Below, one piece after another: positions 10,701 through 19,640 of a DNA stretch of 64,000 nt. The first letter of the stretch is position 1. The number at the start of each line of letters is the position of its first letter. This stretch comes from Pirellulales bacterium. GTDB lineage: Bacteria; Planctomycetota; Planctomycetia; Pirellulales; PALSA-1355. The notes below the pieces were generated by a model. That model did not search any database, had not been told where the DNA came from, and saw only the letters and a program-made list of their open reading frames with translations. Location of the stretch: contig CAVTBU010000005.1 in NCBI GenBank assembly GCA_963733035.1, positions 512,001-576,000 on the forward strand. The letters are read 5' to 3'. A program made the translations under genes and the position numbers.

Positions 10701-10804
10701 CAGCGGCGGTGATCGAAAAGGAACGGGCGGCCCTGGGCCAATTGCGCGAGTTGCATACCGCCACGGAGGCAGCCCTGGCAAAACTCGCTTCGGCACGAAA
10801 GTAG
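7736..10804 (+). CDS. valS: Valine--tRNA ligase (apparent frameshifts near 8211 and 10492, probably sequencing errors)
   Basis: PPPNVTGALHLGHA (HIGH), ATTRPETMLGD, GMSKSKGN (KMSKS) and C-terminal coiled coil LANENFVSRAPAAV, spread over three consecutive frames. Confidence 0.95.
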
Positions 10805-11111
10805 CACAAGCTGCGCCCCTCTTGTCCCCACGCGTTCCGATAGTCACCATCCGACGCCGGACGCCACATTTTCCCGCCCCCAAAGTCGAAGACACTCCAA
10901 TACAATTGTCTCCGGCGGAACCCCTTTTTGGTTCCAGCCCTTCCATCGATGTCGGGGGCAAACACGTCGCAACTGATAGACTGGGCGCTATCGCGTCGAA
11001 TTTCGAACCGCCAACTTTTGTCGGCCACTAGCCCGCTGGCGGCAGCGCCAACTATAATCGGTGGTCGCCATCTAAATCCGCTTGTCTCGGTTCAAAGAAA
11101 AGGTGCCGCAT

Positions 11112-11519
11112 ATGCCGGTCCACATGGAGCTGTCGCGGATCATCATCAGCGAAATCAACGACCAACAGGTCATCTATTTGAAGGAAGTCGACGGGGAACG
11201 GACGTTTCCGATCCTGATTGGCATCTTCGAAGCCACCAGCATCGACCGCCGGGTGAAACAGTACCACACGCCGCGCCCGCTGACGCACGATCTGCTGGTG
11301 AGCGTGGTTGAAAACCTGGGCGCTGAACTACAGGACGTCGTGATCAGCGAACTCCGCGAGCATACCTATTACGCCAAGCTGCGAGTTCGTCACGAGGGCG
11401 AACTGATCGAAATCGACGCTCGTCCGTCCGACGCCATCGCCGTGGCCGTCACCTGCGATCCGCAACTGCCGATTTACGTCGCCGAAGACGTTTTGGAAGA
11501 CGTGCTGGGGGAGCAGTAG
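11112..11519 (+). CDS. Bifunctional nuclease family protein (DUF151)
   Basis: FPILIGIFEATSI, PRPLTHDLL, IDARPSDAIAVA. TATAAT upstream at 11053-11058. Confidence 0.92.
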   Translation: MPVHMELSRIIISEINDQQVIYLKEVDGERTFPILIGIFEATSIDRRVKQYHTPRPLTHDLLVSVVENLGAELQDVVISELREHTYYAKLRVRHEGELIEIDARPSDAIAVAVTCDPQLPIYVAEDVLEDVLGEQ

Positions 11520-11614
11520 ACCTTCGTGACGCCTCGGGCGATCCGATGCCTACCGTGTGTCGACGACGATTTTGGATCGGACGCGATGGTATTCGTCAAA
11601 AGGTGGCGAACATA

Positions 11615-12619
11615 ATGCAAATGCCTCGCTGTTTTGAATTTCGTGTGCCAAAGCTGATTTGTCTGGCTCTCTCCCTGGCACTCGTATCGGCCTCAGCCTG
11701 TGCCGACGAATTGCGGATGAACCAGCTTCAGGTGGTCGGCACGCACAATAGCTATCACGTGCGTGAAAAGCCCATCAAGAGCGGCCGCGCGTCGGTTTGG
11801 AATTACACGCACCCGCCGCTCGACGTGCAGTTGGACCGCGGCGTGCGGAGCTTCGAACTCGACCTGCATTGGCGCGGCGGCGAGTTTCAGGTGTTCCATG
11901 TGCCGATCATCGACGAGGGGACGACCGCTCGAAAACTCCCGGATGCGTTGGCGGTGGTGCGGAAGTGGTCTGAAAAGCACCCCAGGCACGTGCCGATTTC
12001 CTTCCTCTTCGAGTTGAAAAAGGAGGGCCCGGGTCTCGACAAGCGAATTACGCATGTCGATGTCGCGGGCTTCGAGCAACTCGACCAAGTACTGAAGGCC
12101 GGATTCGCTAGCGGGCAGATTATTACGCCCGATACGGTGCGCGGCGATGCCCCATCACTCCGCGAGGCAGTAACCACGCGCGGCTGGCCAACGCTCAATG
12201 AAAGCCGTGGCAAGGTATTTTTCATCCTCCACGATGATGATCAGCAGCGCGAACTCTACAGCAAAGCACATCCTTCGCAACGCGGTCGGATGATGTTCGT
12301 TCGCTCCGACGAATCGCGCGACGACGCGGCGACTTTGGTGCTTGACGGCCCCGAAAACCCCGACATTCCACGGCTCGCCAAAGCCGGCTACTATATTCGC
12401 ACCCGGGCCGACTCGAACCTCCGCACCGATTCGCCCGCGCAACCCGCGCGTCGCAACACCGCGTTCGCCAGCGGCGCCCACATCCTAAGTACCGACTTCC
12501 CACGAGGCGAGCCGGATGCGGCCAACGGCTACGTCGTCGAATTCCAAGACGACGCCCCCGCAAGGGTCAATCCCGTGAACGGCCCGGAAGCCTTACGGGG
12601 CGAGCCCTTTCAAGAATAA
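11615..12619 (+). CDS. Secreted PI-PLC-like phosphodiesterase (PI-PLC-C1 type)
   Basis: Signal peptide; GTHNSYH, QLDRGVRSFELD, GWPTLNESRGK, RTRAD, SGAHILSTDF. Start uncertain. Confidence 0.85.
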   Translation: MQMPRCFEFRVPKLICLALSLALVSASACADELRMNQLQVVGTHNSYHVREKPIKSGRASVWNYTHPPLDVQLDRGVRSFELDLHWRGGEFQVFHVPIIDEGTTARKLPDALAVVRKWSEKHPRHVPISFLFELKKEGPGLDKRITHVDVAGFEQLDQVLKAGFASGQIITPDTVRGDAPSLREAVTTRGWPTLNESRGKVFFILHDDDQQRELYSKAHPSQRGRMMFVRSDESRDDAATLVLDGPENPDIPRLAKAGYYIRTRADSNLRTDSPAQPARRNTAFASGAHILSTDFPRGEPDAANGYVVEFQDDAPARVNPVNGPEALRGEPFQE

Positions 12620-12657
12620 CGTCGTCACAAGCGCTCGGCCGGAAGGCGAATCCGCTC

Positions 12658-14431
12658 CTATTGCATGCAATCGGCAAACGCTGTTTGCAAACACTTGAGC
12701 GCTTGTTTGCCGTGCTGGCCGTCGACGACGACGTTGACGCGAACTTCGCTGGTGCTGATCAAGTCAACGTTGATGCCGGCTTCCGACAGGCAGCGGAAAG
12801 TGCGGATCGCCACCTGGGTGTGGCTCCGCAGGCCAATACCGGACACGGACAGCTTGGCCACCCTTGGACTGCCGGTAATGGGACCACAGTTTAACTTGGC
12901 CGATAGTCCTTTCAGCAGGTCGAGGCATTCTTTGTACATGTCCTGCGGCACGGTGAAGCTGATCTTGGCTTGTCCCTCACGACCGTAACTCTGCACGATC
13001 ATGTCGACGAAGATACCCCCCTCGGCCACCGCTTCGAAAATCGTGGCGGCGATTCCCGGTTGATCCGATACCCCGCTGACCGTCACCCGGGCTTGCGACT
13101 CGTCGAGCGAGATATCGTCGATCGCCAACTCTTCCATCTTCTGCAGGCGCGAAACAACGGCCACCGCGTCGCGACCCAGCGTTGCCTTCGTTGGTGCCGG
13201 TGCGCCGCCGTTTGTCTTGGCCGGTTCGCGCTCGAGCTGGAACGCCTGGTGCACGGCGCAGCGCGGCGGGGGCCTGCTCGCGAGACACCAGGACGGAGAT
13301 TTTGATCTCGCTGGTAGTGATCATCTGAATGTTTACGCCGGCGTCGGACAGGGCGCGAAACATCCGCTCTGCGACACCAGTTTGCTCGGCCATGCCAAGA
13401 CCAACAACGGAAACCTTCGCGGCCTCGTCATTATGGACAACACCTTCGGCACCTAGTTCCCTGGCCACGTCCTCGGCTGCCGCGAGCGTCTCCCGCAGAT
13501 CGTCCTTGAGCACCGTGAACGACAAATCCGCGCTTCCGCCGGCACCGACGTCCTGGACAATCATGTCGACGGAAATTGCATGCTCGGCAATCTTCGAAAA
13601 AATGGCCAGGCTGGTACCCGGTTTATCGGGTACGCCGAGGATCGTCACGCGGGCTTCGTTCTTGGCGAGTGCCGCTCCACCGACGGGCTGTTCCGGAGAC
13701 TCAGGCAGCGCGGCGATGATCGTACCCGGCCGATCGCTGAAACTACTCCGCACGTGAATCGGTACCGAGAACTTTTTGGCAAATTCGATCGACCGGTTGT
13801 GCATGACGCCGGCGCCCAAACTGGCCAGTTCGAGCATCTCGTCGTAGCTCACGCGCTTTACCTGCCGTGCTTCGGCCAGCACGCGTGGGTCAGTCGTGTA
13901 TACGCCGTCGACGTCGGTATAAATCTCGCACGCGTCGGCTTCGAGGACCGCGGCCAGCGCCACGGCCGTCGTATCGCTGCCGCCGCGGCCGAGCGTCGTG
14001 ATGTTGAAGTCCTCGTCAATGCCCTGGAAACCGGCGGCAATCACGATCTTGCCCGCGTCAAGCGCTTTGCGCATCCGCTCGGTGGAAATCGACTGGATGC
14101 GAGCCTTGGTGTGGGTGCTGTCGGTTTTGATGCCGATTTGCGCCCGGTCAGACTGATCGCCTCGAAGCCCAGGGAATGAATCGCCATCGCCATCAACGCT
14201 ACGCTCACCTGCTCACCGGTCGACAGCAGCATGTCCATTTCGCGGGCCGGGGGTTGATCGGTGATTTGGTTCGCCAGGTCGATCAACAGGTCGGTGTTGT
14301 GCCCCATCGCACTTACCACCATCACCACCTGGTTGCCCTGCTGCCTTGCGCACGGCTCGGCGGGCCGCCGCCAAAATCTTCTGGCTGTCGGCCACGCTGG
14401 TTCCGCCAAACTTCTGCACAATTAACGACAT
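12658..14431 (-). CDS. lysC: Aspartate kinase with four ACT domains (frameshifts near 14350, 14142 and 13257)
   Basis: [42 protein letters not shown] and two ..TSE[IV].. ACT pairs, spread over four frames. Confidence 0.93.
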
Positions 14432-14485
14432 GAAACAAGAATCCTTGGATTCCTCGGGAAGTGGAACGGTTGTCGGCTGGCAGCG

Positions 14486-15686
14486 TTACGTTCCCAGGAA
14501 GTAACGCATCAATTTCCAGCCATCTTCAAAGGCCAATGTCGATTGGCCGGCCGAGCGCTCTTCGTAAGTGCCTAACGCATCGGGCGCGACGCCCGTGCCC
14601 GCCAGGGCAAAGGGCACGAACCCATGACTATGCGTCTTGGTGCGCACCGGTGTAGGGTGATCGGGAGTCACCAGGATGCGATAGTCGCCTCGCGCGCAAG
14701 CGCTTCATGCAGCGGCGCGACGATGTGCCGATCGATTTCCTCGAGGGCTTTCATCTTCGCCGCGATGTTGCCTTCGTGCGAGGCCTCGTCGGGGGCTTCG
14801 ATATGCACCGTGACCAGGTCGACTTCATCTAAGGCTGCAATTGCCGCGCGGCCTTTTGCCGCGTAGTCGGTATCGAGATACCCCGTGGCGCCCGGCACTT
14901 CAATCCGCTTCCAGCCCAACAGCACCGCCAATCCGCGCAATAAGTCGACGGCGGTGATCATTGCTCCAGTCTTGCCGTAGACCTCCAGGAAGGACGGAAC
15001 CGCCGGCGCTCGTCCCTGGCCCCACAGCCAGACGTTGGTGGCCGGCAGGCGGCCCGTCTTGCGCCGTTGCCGGTTCACCTCATGCTCGGCAAAAATCGAC
15101 ATGCTTTCGCTCATCAGCAGGTTAAGTAGCCCGCTGCCGGGTCCACGCGGGTAGTCATCGAGCACCGATTTGTCCGTCAGGTCGTGGGGCGGAGTGGCCC
15201 GTGTATCCGCCGTAAACGGTGGCGGCGAGCTACCTCCCCGATAGATCAGTAGATTGCGATAGCTCACTCCGGGCACAAATTCGAGTTCTGGCCTGGCAAG
15301 TTTCTCCTGCAAGGTGCCCAATAGTTGCGTGGCTTCCTCGGTCGAAATGTGGTCGGCCGTGAAGTCGCGCATCGTTTGGTTCTCGATCGTGACCAGGTTG
15401 CAGCGAATGGCGCAGTCGTTGGGTCCGAGTTGAATCCCTTGCGCCGCGGCCTCCAGGGCGCTCGCCCCGTGAAGTACTTGTTCGGGTCGTAGCCCAGCAG
15501 GCTCAGGTTGGCCACGTCGGAACCCGGTGGGAGATGCGACGGCACGTGGTTGGCCCGTCCCACGACTCCAGCGCCGGCAATCGCGTCCATCGCCGGTGTG
15601 CTGGCGGCTTCGAGCGGTGACTTGCCGTCGAGTGTCTGCTGCGGCTCGTCGGCACATCCGTCCGGAATGACCAGTACGTATTTCAT
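14486..15686 (-). CDS. ApgM-like cofactor-independent phosphoglycerate mutase family protein (proposed homoserine-kinase subfamily); frameshifts near 15457 and 14692
   Basis: PDGCAD, GSDVANLSLLGY, GATGYLDTDY, HIEAPDEASHEG, TPDHPTP..THS; located between hom and lysC. Confidence 0.87.
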
Positions 15687-15737
15687 CGTGAAAACCGTCG
15701 GGCGGAACGGGTCGTTCCGCGCTCCAAAAAATGCCGG

Positions 15738-17036
15738 CTAATCCCGCACGCGCATGCGTACGCTGGGACCCCGCATGAATGCCAGCCGATCGATGGCCGA
15801 AAGCGCGCGGCCCAGTGCGCCTTCGGTGGTATTGTGCGTCATGATGACCAAAGGGACAACGCCCGCAGCCTCGTCCTCGGCTTCGTGCTGAATGACCGAA
15901 GCAATCGAAATGTTCTGCTTGCCCAGCAGGCCGGCAATCTCGGCCAGCACGCTCGGCTGGTCGGCCACGTTGAACCGCAGGTAATAGCGCCCAGCTACAT
16001 TCTCGTAATCGCTGATTGACACGCGTGCAGTGCCGTTACCCCACATCTCAAGCGTGCGAAACGTGATTGCCGCCCGTCCAACGACCGTGTCAATCAGGTC
16101 GGCCACGACGGCCGACGCAGTCGGCATTTGGCCGGCTCCCAATCCGGAGAAGAACACGCGCCCCACGGCATCCCCCACCACGCTCACGGCGTTGTACGCG
16201 CCACGCACTTCAGCCAGCGGGGCACCGGATTTGACGAGGGTCGGCGACACGTGAAGTTCCAATCCCGCCGGCGTGAGTTGCGCAACGGCCAACAATTTGA
16301 TCCGATAGCCAAGCTCCCTGGCATATCGCAAATCGGCCAGATCGAGCGTGTCGATACCTTGCCGGGGTATCGCGTTCCAATCAGCGTGCGCGCCAAACGA
16401 CAAGTGGGCCAGAATCGCGAGCTTCTGAGCCGCGTCGGTTCCGTCAACGTCCATGGTCGGATCGGCCTCGGCATAGCCTAATCTCTGTGCTTCGCGAACC
16501 GCGTCCGCATACGTGGCGCCATGAGCCTCCATCTGCGTGAGGATAAAGTTGCTCGTACCGTTGAGGATCGCATGGATCGATTCGACTTGATTCGCCGAGA
16601 GGCACTGGCTGAGATTGGCGATAATCGGGATGCCGCCAGCCACCGCAGCTTCGAAGGCAATCGAACGCCCGAGTTTTCGGGCTCGGGCGAACAGCTCTTC
16701 ACCGTGCGCAGCCAGGAGGGCCTTGTTGGCGGTGACGAGATCCTTGCCGCACTCCAGAATCTCAAGGGCAATGGTCCGTGCCGGCTCCAATCCACCCACG
16801 AGCAATGCGACGACCCCGATCTCCGGGTCGGCGGTAACCCGCCGCAAATCGGCCGAAACAATGCCTCTCGGGAGCTGAATTCCGCGTGGCTTGGCGAGGT
16901 CTTGGACCACCACCTGGGCCAAGACCAACCGCCGACCGGCGTGACGTTCGAGCCGTGGGCCATGTTCAAGCAGCAGTCGGGCGACCCCGGAACCGACGGT
17001 TCCCAGGCCGATCAGCGCTATTTTCGTTTCGGACAT
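15738..17036 (-). CDS. hom: Homoserine dehydrogenase with C-terminal ACT domain
   Basis: GLGTVGSG, VTANKA, FEAAVAGGIP, LGYAEADPTMDVDGTDAAQK. Confidence 0.95.
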   Translation of the reverse strand: MSETKIALIGLGTVGSGVARLLLEHGPRLERHAGRRLVLAQVVVQDLAKPRGIQLPRGIVSADLRRVTADPEIGVVALLVGGLEPARTIALEILECGKDLVTANKALLAAHGEELFARARKLGRSIAFEAAVAGGIPIIANLSQCLSANQVESIHAILNGTSNFILTQMEAHGATYADAVREAQRLGYAEADPTMDVDGTDAAQKLAILAHLSFGAHADWNAIPRQGIDTLDLADLRYARELGYRIKLLAVAQLTPAGLELHVSPTLVKSGAPLAEVRGAYNAVSVVGDAVGRVFFSGLGAGQMPTASAVVADLIDTVVGRAAITFRTLEMWGNGTARVSISDYENVAGRYYLRFNVADQPSVLAEIAGLLGKQNISIASVIQHEAEDEAAGVVPLVIMTHNTTEGALGRALSAIDRLAFMRGPSVRMRVRD

Positions 17037-17238
17037 GGCTCAAGCCGGAGATTCCAAGTGGAAAGAATCAAACATCTTAGGACGCGGATTCCGTAGGAGT
17101 CAAGCGGCCGTAGCGAACACAAAGGCAAACATGGCATGCCTGCGGGGGACGTGGTTTTTAACTGAAACGGACGAAAAAACCCCGCCAAAACAGACAAAGT
17201 ATCCGTGTTACGTAATTGTGAAATTTTGGCGATTTAGC

Positions 17239-17268
17239 TTGCATGTAGCTGCACGTCGAGGGTAGATT
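17239..17268 (+). promoter_or_regulatory. Possible sigma70 promoter of the first PEP-CTERM gene
   Basis: TTGCAT-18 nt-TAGATT in an AT-rich intergenic region. Confidence 0.4.
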
Positions 17269-17320
17269 ATGTGCAGTCTATTTTGAAGTTCCCTGGCACC
17301 CCCAACGATCGACCCCGCCA

Positions 17321-18088
17321 ATGATGCCAAACCGAACACGCCAACGCTTTCTCGCGGCGCTGCTTGTCGGCGCATTTCTCTTCTGTTGCGCTCAAGAAGG
17401 CCGAGCTGAGTTCATCGGTTCGGCAGTCAACATCCAAATCTGGAACAGCACAGACTCGGGCAACTTTGAACTTGATTTAGCCATCCCAAGCGACCCCTGG
17501 AGTTGGGAATTGGCTGCCCCGGTGCAAATCTACGGTAAGAACGACCCGGGCAATTTGATGGCGACGATCGATTCACTCAGCGTGGGGCTGAACGGCGATC
17601 CCGCAGTCAGTTTGAGTTTTGCAGTGACGGCCGGCAGTGCCGCGACGGTAATTTCTGTCAGTTCGTCAACGGTGCTATTTTCGCCAATCGCCAACGCCGA
17701 CGCGTTTGCCACCGCGGCGATTTCACTTACCGATGGCAACGGCAACGGTGCTTCGCTCATCGGCGGCTTTAGCGGCAAGTCCTACGAAGCCCAATACAAT
17801 GGTGGCACGATCTACACGGACTTGGTCTCTGGATTCTCAGCCGGAGCCGATGCGTCGAGCATTAACAGCGAACGCACTCCCACGACGGGAACTGCTACGA
17901 TCCCGGGTACCATCAGCAGCATTCAGTCGCAGTTCGGCTTTCTCTTGTCGGCCCACGATTCGGCAAGTGGCACCAGTCGTTTCCAAGTGACTTCGACCAA
18001 CAACATTCCTGAGCCCTCGACATGGGCTCTGGCATGTTTGGCCCTGATTGGCTGGACTTGGCTCAGACGCCACAATACCCTCCGATAG
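17321..18088 (+). CDS. PEP-CTERM sorting domain protein (paralog 1)
   Basis: Signal peptide; C-terminal IPEPST + TM helix + RRH basic tail. Confidence 0.9.
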   Translation: MMPNRTRQRFLAALLVGAFLFCCAQEGRAEFIGSAVNIQIWNSTDSGNFELDLAIPSDPWSWELAAPVQIYGKNDPGNLMATIDSLSVGLNGDPAVSLSFAVTAGSAATVISVSSSTVLFSPIANADAFATAAISLTDGNGNGASLIGGFSGKSYEAQYNGGTIYTDLVSGFSAGADASSINSERTPTTGTATIPGTISSIQSQFGFLLSAHDSASGTSRFQVTSTNNIPEPSTWALACLALIGWTWLRRHNTLR

Positions 18089-18135
18089 AGGGGATCGAGC
18101 GGGATTGCCGTCCCTGCCGTCACGCAAAGTAGCAT

Positions 18136-18182
18136 AAAAAAGCAAAAAAAGCTTGCGTTGCCGCGAAGTTGGCAACTATACT
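18136..18182 (+). promoter_or_regulatory. Sigma70-type promoter with A-tract UP element and a palindrome in the spacer
   Basis: A-tracts at 18136-18150; TTGCGT-18 nt-TATACT (18153-18182); GTTGCC-N8-GGCAAC at 18157-18176. Confidence 0.55.
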
Positions 18183-18238
18183 CGCCCGAGTAGCTTCAAG
18201 CTTACGCCTTCCGTTCCTATCGCTACAGTGAGTCGTCC

Positions 18239-18991
18239 ATGAACCGGACCATTGTAACACGCTCGACTGGTTGGACCGTCGGTTGTTGTGTCCTCATTGC
18301 TTTGACTTCCATGCCCGGTCGGGCTTACGCCACTTTCGTGGGGACGCTCCTGGACGTCCAAGTTAGTGCTGGCAGCGACACGGGTGAATGGACACTGGTT
18401 ATCCCGACTCCCGACGATCCGCTATTGTGGCAGCTTAATGGTCCGATTGATATCTATAGTTCGCAGAACGCCAATACGTTGTTGGCTTCGATCGACGATC
18501 TCACGTTGCAGCTTAACGGTGATCCGCAAGTCTTGGTCAATTTCGCCGTCACGGCTGGCGGTACGAATACCAATTTCTCAATCAGCTCCGCGCTCGTTGC
18601 GTTTTCACCATTGACGAACCCTCAAGCGTTCGCGACGGCTGCGGTCACGGTTACCGATAACGACAGCAACGGTGCGACAGTGAGCGGCTCGTTCCCCGGC
18701 AGCAAGGCTTACGAGGCGACCTACAACGGTGGAACGGTGTTTGCCGACTTGGTTTCGCCCGTAATCGCGCCGGTCGATAGCTCCAACATCGGCAGCCAAC
18801 GGAACCCCCTGGCGGGCACGATTCCTATCGCCGGTTCGGTCAGCAGTATTGCGGCCGGCTTCAGTTTTGTACTCACGGCAAGCGACTCTGCCAGCGGCAC
18901 CAGCCGGTTCAGCGTTGTGCCGGAGCCTTCCACCGTGGTTCTTTCCCTGATGGCGATTGCTGGTCTGTTGTGGGCTTGTCGCCGCAAGTAA
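18239..18991 (+). CDS. PEP-CTERM sorting domain protein (paralog 2)
   Basis: Signal peptide; VPEPST + TM + CRRK; collinear homology with 17321..18088. Confidence 0.9.
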   Translation: MNRTIVTRSTGWTVGCCVLIALTSMPGRAYATFVGTLLDVQVSAGSDTGEWTLVIPTPDDPLLWQLNGPIDIYSSQNANTLLASIDDLTLQLNGDPQVLVNFAVTAGGTNTNFSISSALVAFSPLTNPQAFATAAVTVTDNDSNGATVSGSFPGSKAYEATYNGGTVFADLVSPVIAPVDSSNIGSQRNPLAGTIPIAGSVSSIAAGFSFVLTASDSASGTSRFSVVPEPSTVVLSLMAIAGLLWACRRK

Positions 18992-19143
18992 AACCGCGCA
19001 CCGGCTCAATTCCCAGCCAACGCTGGTGGCTAACCCGCCGGCGTTTCTTAACTGTCACGCAGTGCGTGCGCATGGTCCGTTTGTACGGCCTGCGGAAAAT
19101 GATCCAAAGTCGGTAAGTCGTCGGGTCGGTGAAACGCTTACGG

Positions 19144-19201
19144 CAAACGTCAGACGTTTCATGTATCGTCCGCAAACGTCCGAAACCTCCGTAATGGTCC
19201 G
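19144..19201 (+). repeat. Array of degenerate 9-10-bp direct repeats (consensus about CAAACGTCCG) with an embedded palindrome
   Basis: caaacgtcag (19144), gtatcgtccg (19163), caaacgtccg (19173), aaacctccg (19183), taatggtccg (19192); palindrome AAACGTC-A-GACGTTT at 19145-19159. Confidence 0.55.
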
Positions 19202-19247
19202 ACGCGCACGTTGCCCGTCGGGCGTAGAATGCACGGAGGTTGCTCCC

Positions 19248-19499
19248 ATGCCAAGGATTGCTCCCACGGGCGAATCGCCCAAGGTCCGAGCCACGCTTTA
19301 TCTATCCTTCGAAGTCCTGGACGAAGCTCGCAATGCCGCCGTGCATCTGGCCGGTTATCCGGCGCGGTTGACGCTTACCAAGCTTGCCGAAGATGCCATC
19401 CGTCACGAACTTCGTCGCCTGAAAGACAAATACAACGAAGGCCGGGATTTTCCAGAACGTGGCGAGGATTTGAAAGGGGGCCGGCCCATCGCTGCTTAA
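19248..19499 (+). CDS. Small ribbon-helix-helix-like DNA-binding protein resembling the plasmid centromere-binding ParB C-terminal domain
   Basis: GGAGG RBS at 19235; 83 aa: beta strand RATLYLS, helices, then LRRLKDKYNEGRDFP..GGRP tail. Confidence 0.7.
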   Translation: MPRIAPTGESPKVRATLYLSFEVLDEARNAAVHLAGYPARLTLTKLAEDAIRHELRRLKDKYNEGRDFPERGEDLKGGRPIAA

Positions 19500-19640
19500 A
19501 TGGTGCCCGCCATGGTACGCACGACGATTAAGACATCAGCTGACTCCGGCCAGCGCGAAGCGCTACGCCGCGAACTGTTGCGGATGATCGTGAAGAATGA
19601 AGCACGACGCCGCGATCAACGCAAGGCCCTGGTTAAGTGA
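19500..19640 (+). CDS. Small basic helical protein (46 aa); absent from the ORF track
   Basis: MVPAMVRTTIKTSADSGQREALRRELLRMIVKNEARRRDQRKALVK*. ATG directly follows the upstream TAA, and its TGA overlaps the downstream GTG (GTGA). Confidence 0.6.
   Translation: MVPAMVRTTIKTSADSGQREALRRELLRMIVKNEARRRDQRKALVK

Noticed and set aside
7736..15686. valS, lysC and the apgM-like gene as pseudogenes or programmed frameshift sites
   Set aside because: The genes are essential or core, all motifs are intact, there are no slippery heptamers or internal stops, and similar 1-2 nt breaks occur throughout the window. Sequencing error is the simpler explanation.
17037..19640. Integrated plasmid or genomic island around the PEP-CTERM and ParB-like genes
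   Set aside because: No integrase, transposase, rep, parA, tRNA or flanking direct repeats are visible, and the compositional shift is modest and judged only by eye.
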